Origin: a virus | Lineage: Duplodnaviria > Caudoviricetes | IMG/VR virus record: IMGVR_UViG_3300020397_000464 | Location: 1 to 28,837 of that record | Length of the DNA: 28,837 bases | Reading direction: 5' to 3' (one strand) | Shown: piece after piece, positions 25,594-28,837 of the stretch | Numbering within the stretch: the stretch's first letter is position 1 | Layout: every line of letters begins with the position of its first letter | Translations under genes and position numbers: made by a program | Notes under the pieces: generated by a model | What the model was told of the DNA's origin: nothing | Databases searched by the model: none | What the model saw: the letters and a program-made list of their open reading frames with translations, nothing else

Positions 25594-26664
25594 ATGGAAA
25601 TACAAATAACAAATACACCTAACAAAGTTAGGCTTTTCGAGGGTGATTATGTCAAAGATTTAAATCCAGTTGATGTAGTCGAAATTTTTAAAACACCTCT
25701 TACAGGTTCTTATAATTGGGACTATACTGTTCAAGATAATCGAATCAAAAAATTATATGAACTAGGAAAAGAACTTAATTGGAATGTAGAATCAGATTTA
25801 GACTGGTCTCCTGAGTTCGAAGGCATGGGTGATGAAGAGTTTGACTTTGAAGATAATCAATGGTCAAATCATCCAGTTTACAAAGAGATGCCTAGATGGA
25901 AGAGAAAAGAGTTCTTTCATGATTTAAGTTCTTGGAGTGTCAGTCAGTTTTTACATGGAGAACAAGGTGCTTTATTAGTAGCGAGTCAACTCGCAAGTTG
26001 TGCACCTACATTTAACGCCAAACTATATGCAGCTTCTCAAACTTTTGATGAAGCTCGTCATGTAGAGGCATTCAATAAATACTTACAAACAAGAATTAAG
26101 AAAAGTTGGCCGATAGGGGCAGCTTTGAAAGGACTACTTGATAAGATATTGACAGACCCAAGGTGGGATTTAAAATTTATAGGAATGCAAGTAGTTATTG
26201 AGGGTTTAGCTTTGGCAGCATTCAACGCAGCTAAAGACGGAACAAATGACCCTGTTTTCAAAAGAATGTTAGAGTTAATTATTCGTGATGAAGCTCGTCA
26301 TGTAACTTTTGGTATAAACTATCTAACAGAGTTCGTACAGACTTTGAGTGAAGAAGATAGAAGAGATAGAGCTAAGTTTGCATTAGAGGCTTGTACTGTA
26401 AGTCGTCATAGATTAAAAGCTTATGATGTTTGGGAAAAGTATGGTATGAATATAGAAGAGACAGAAGAATATCAAAAAGAAAATATTTTACAAACACAAT
26501 TTCAAGATGTATTATTTAGTAGAATCATGCCAAACTTAAAGAAAATAGGTTTACTTACAGAAGATTTAATACCTGAATACGAAAAGTTAGGAGTTCTGGC
26601 TTACGCAGATGGTGATTCAGATTACGAAACAAGTTGGGAGGAGTTATCAAAACCACTTAATTAA
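25594..26664 (+). CDS. Ferritin-like diiron protein (AurF/N-oxygenase-like)
   Basis: Diiron ligand pattern HGEQGAL, DEARH, IEGLA and a second DEARH. Confidence 0.82.
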   Translation: MEIQITNTPNKVRLFEGDYVKDLNPVDVVEIFKTPLTGSYNWDYTVQDNRIKKLYELGKELNWNVESDLDWSPEFEGMGDEEFDFEDNQWSNHPVYKEMPRWKRKEFFHDLSSWSVSQFLHGEQGALLVASQLASCAPTFNAKLYAASQTFDEARHVEAFNKYLQTRIKKSWPIGAALKGLLDKILTDPRWDLKFIGMQVVIEGLALAAFNAAKDGTNDPVFKRMLELIIRDEARHVTFGINYLTEFVQTLSEEDRRDRAKFALEACTVSRHRLKAYDVWEKYGMNIEETEEYQKENILQTQFQDVLFSRIMPNLKKIGLLTEDLIPEYEKLGVLAYADGDSDYETSWEELSKPLN

Positions 26665-26665
26665 T

Positions 26666-27865
26666 ATGGAATTTTTATCAGAAGGAGCAGGAAAGAATTT
26701 ACACTTAGAACATTTAGAAGATGAAATTCTAAATTTTGGTGTAGCTGGTGGTCGAAGTGCTATAAACTTTTTAAGGTCACTAAGAGATATGTTCGCAGGT
26801 GACAATAAAAAGAAACTAAATGTAACTGTTAAATGGGATGGAGCACCTGCTATATTCGCTGGGCCACATCCAGAGACAGGTGAATTCTTTGTAGCGAAGA
26901 AATCTTTGTTTAATAAAACACCTAAGTATTATACTTCAATAGCTGAAATAAACTCAGACTTAGATGGAGATTTAGCCTCTAAGTTTAGAACATCATTTAT
27001 AGAGTTTAGTAAGTTAGATATGACAGAGATATTACAAGGTGATTTAATGTTCACCAAAGAAGACCTGGCGACTATGGACATAGAGGGTGTTTCACATTAC
27101 ACATTTCAACCAAATACAATATTATACGCAGTAGAAAAAGATAGTAAAATAGGTGAAGAAATAAAGAAAGCAAATATTGGTATAGTTTGGCATACAACTT
27201 ATAAAGGTAAAACAATTCAAGATTTAAGTGCTTCATTTGGGGCTAAACTACCTAAGAAGATATCTTCTGTATGGCAAGATGACGCAACTTTTAGAGATGT
27301 TTCAGGAAAAGGTAAGTTTACTCTCAAAGAAACAGCTAAAGTTACAAAGGCACTATCCAGTGCTGGGAAGCAGTTTCATCAAATCAATTCGTCATCTTTT
27401 AGTAATTATTTGAGATGGGAGGAAAGTTTAGGTAACTCTGCAGCTGGGGCTAAATTTAAGACATATTTAAATACATTTACGAGAGAAGGTAAAAAACTAC
27501 CAAAGGGTAGAGCAGCTGTAAAATTTTATCAACAACACTTTACTAAATGGTGGAAAAAGAACAAATCACAAAAACTACAGTCAGATTTACAAGAACATTT
27601 AAGATTTATCCGTAAATCAGAGAAAACATTAGAGTCTGTAGTAGATTTTATGAGATTTTTAGTCGAAGCTAAAATGATGATAATTAAAAAAATGAATGAG
27701 GCGAAAGGTCTAGCTAAAACTTTTGTACGAACACCAAACGGATTAAAGGTTGTCAATCCAGAAGGTTATGTTGCAATAGACCATACAGGAGGGGCAGTTA
27801 AGATAGTTGACAAATTAGAGTTTAGTTTTAATAACTTTACAGTCGCAAAGAATTGGGACAAATAA
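26666..27865 (+). CDS. Conserved myophage protein (DUF6267-like) with ligase-type nucleotidyltransferase motifs
   Basis: KNLHLEHLED, TVKWDGAPA, LQGDLMF, PEGYVA and AVKIVDKLEFS. Confidence 0.7.
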   Translation: MEFLSEGAGKNLHLEHLEDEILNFGVAGGRSAINFLRSLRDMFAGDNKKKLNVTVKWDGAPAIFAGPHPETGEFFVAKKSLFNKTPKYYTSIAEINSDLDGDLASKFRTSFIEFSKLDMTEILQGDLMFTKEDLATMDIEGVSHYTFQPNTILYAVEKDSKIGEEIKKANIGIVWHTTYKGKTIQDLSASFGAKLPKKISSVWQDDATFRDVSGKGKFTLKETAKVTKALSSAGKQFHQINSSSFSNYLRWEESLGNSAAGAKFKTYLNTFTREGKKLPKGRAAVKFYQQHFTKWWKKNKSQKLQSDLQEHLRFIRKSEKTLESVVDFMRFLVEAKMMIIKKMNEAKGLAKTFVRTPNGLKVVNPEGYVAIDHTGGAVKIVDKLEFSFNNFTVAKNWDK

Positions 27866-27898
27866 TGGCTATATGGTATCTTAAACTACTTGAAGAAG

Positions 27899-28030
27899 AT
27901 GAAAAAATTAAAAATGAGAAGGAAAAATCCAGTCGCGAAGAACATGGAGAAGTTCAATCGACCAAGCACACATCGCGATAAGACTAAATACTATAGGAGC
28001 AGAGACAAAGAGGTAACCATTTATGAATAA
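27899..28030 (+). CDS. Small basic phage protein (43 aa)
   Basis: MKKLKMRRKNPVAKNMEKFNRPSTHRDKTKYYR, an NPVAK..FNR motif familiar from phage microproteins. Confidence 0.6.
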   Translation: MKKLKMRRKNPVAKNMEKFNRPSTHRDKTKYYRSRDKEVTIYE

Positions 28031-28837
28031 AATATTAGACAAATATCTAGCAGAGAGAAAACAACCTCAAGATAAAGATGTTGATGATGTTAAGGGTTCA
28101 CAACCTAAAAAATATTTCAAAGGCCTAGATAAAGACGATAAGAAAGCTAGAGCTAATTATTTCGCACGAGGTGGTGGAAGAGGAAAAGCACCTGGTGATG
28201 ACGACCCCGATGCAAAAACAACTCCAAGTAAACATACTAAAAAGTACAAACAACTATTTGGTGATAATGTTACCGAGGTTAAACAAGGTAGAGATTATGT
28301 GTTTGACAAGAAGAAAAAGAAAGTTGTAATCTCAAAAGATAATTATAAGAAAGTTCAAAGAGATTCAAAAACTACAATCAAAGGTGTACCTTATATCATG
28401 TATAATATGGGCAATCAAGGAACAGTTCTGGCACCAGTTCATTTTGAAGAAGTTGAAGTAAGTGAAGAAAACTCATTAGAAGAAAAAATCGTAGCAACTA
28501 GTGACGCAATCAGTAAAATCTTTAAGACTAAAAATAAGAAAGAAATTGACGGTATTGCAAATCTCATGAGTATGACAAATGTTAAAGTTCTACAATCAAT
28601 GCAGAAACAAAATCCAAAAGGTTTCTCAAGAATGGCTGCTAAAATGGGTGAACTACCTGCTATGGAAGAAATAGAAGAAAAGAAAAAAGATATGACAGCC
28701 ATTTCTTCATGGAAAAAGAAACTACAAAAAGTCAAGGGTTTAACTAAACAACAAATACAAATGTTGAATACATTACCAACACCTGTAATTACATCTTTAA
28801 TTAATCAAATTGGTATGGTAGTAGCAAGTAATGATAT
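28023..28837 (+). CDS. Modular Lys-rich protein, probable internal head protein, 3'-truncated
   Basis: Open frame to the window end (MNKILDKYLAERKQPQDKDV...QPKKYFKGL..APGD..PSKHTKKYKQLFG), preceded by GAGG SD and late-like CTAAATA at 27984-27990. Confidence 0.8.
   Translation, partial: MNKILDKYLAERKQPQDKDVDDVKGSQPKKYFKGLDKDDKKARANYFARGGGRGKAPGDDDPDAKTTPSKHTKKYKQLFGDNVTEVKQGRDYVFDKKKKKVVISKDNYKKVQRDSKTTIKGVPYIMYNMGNQGTVLAPVHFEEVEVSEENSLEEKIVATSDAISKIFKTKNKKEIDGIANLMSMTNVKVLQSMQKQNPKGFSRMAAKMGELPAMEEIEEKKKDMTAISSWKKKLQKVKGLTKQQIQMLNTLPTPVITSLINQIGMVVASND

Noticed and set aside
27865-27981. 38-aa ORF coupled to the upstream stop
   Set aside because: It overlaps the better-supported NPVAK ORF in another frame. 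It cannot be excluded but has no support.
3166-28735. Remaining minus-strand and nested short ORFs in the track
   Set aside because: They lie within well-supported + strand genes and have no motifs or ribosome-binding sites.

Overview
An AT-rich (~32% GC by eye) fragment of a T4-like myophage genome, probably marine, with every real gene on the + strand. It holds the replication module gp45-gp44-gp62-regA ... hsp20 ... gp43-uvsX-gp41, the 3' end of a tRNA-Ala(UGC), and auxiliary genes: a DenV-like glycosylase, IscA/HesB, AhpC, a RimK-like ligase, a HAD nucleotidase, an AurF-like diiron protein and lysozyme. It also holds a late-promoter cassette of exported proteins and several probable capsid-packaged proteins. 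Main observations: (1) A manual scan found only 7 GATC sites where roughly 80-90 are expected, and all 7 sit in or beside promoter -10 elements, which suggests a methylation-gated promoter class. (2) One Mom-like and two DUF4338/DruA-like GNAT-fold genes are interleaved in the clamp/clamp-loader operon, a candidate replication-coupled DNA-modification system. (3) There are two structured non-coding regions, one of them a stand-alone ~340 nt RNA with its own promoter and terminator. (4) hsp20 has an RpoH-like promoter and a ROSE-like thermometer. (5) There is a 15-aa microprotein with 8 Cys. Family calls come from recognised motifs only; no database searches were run.
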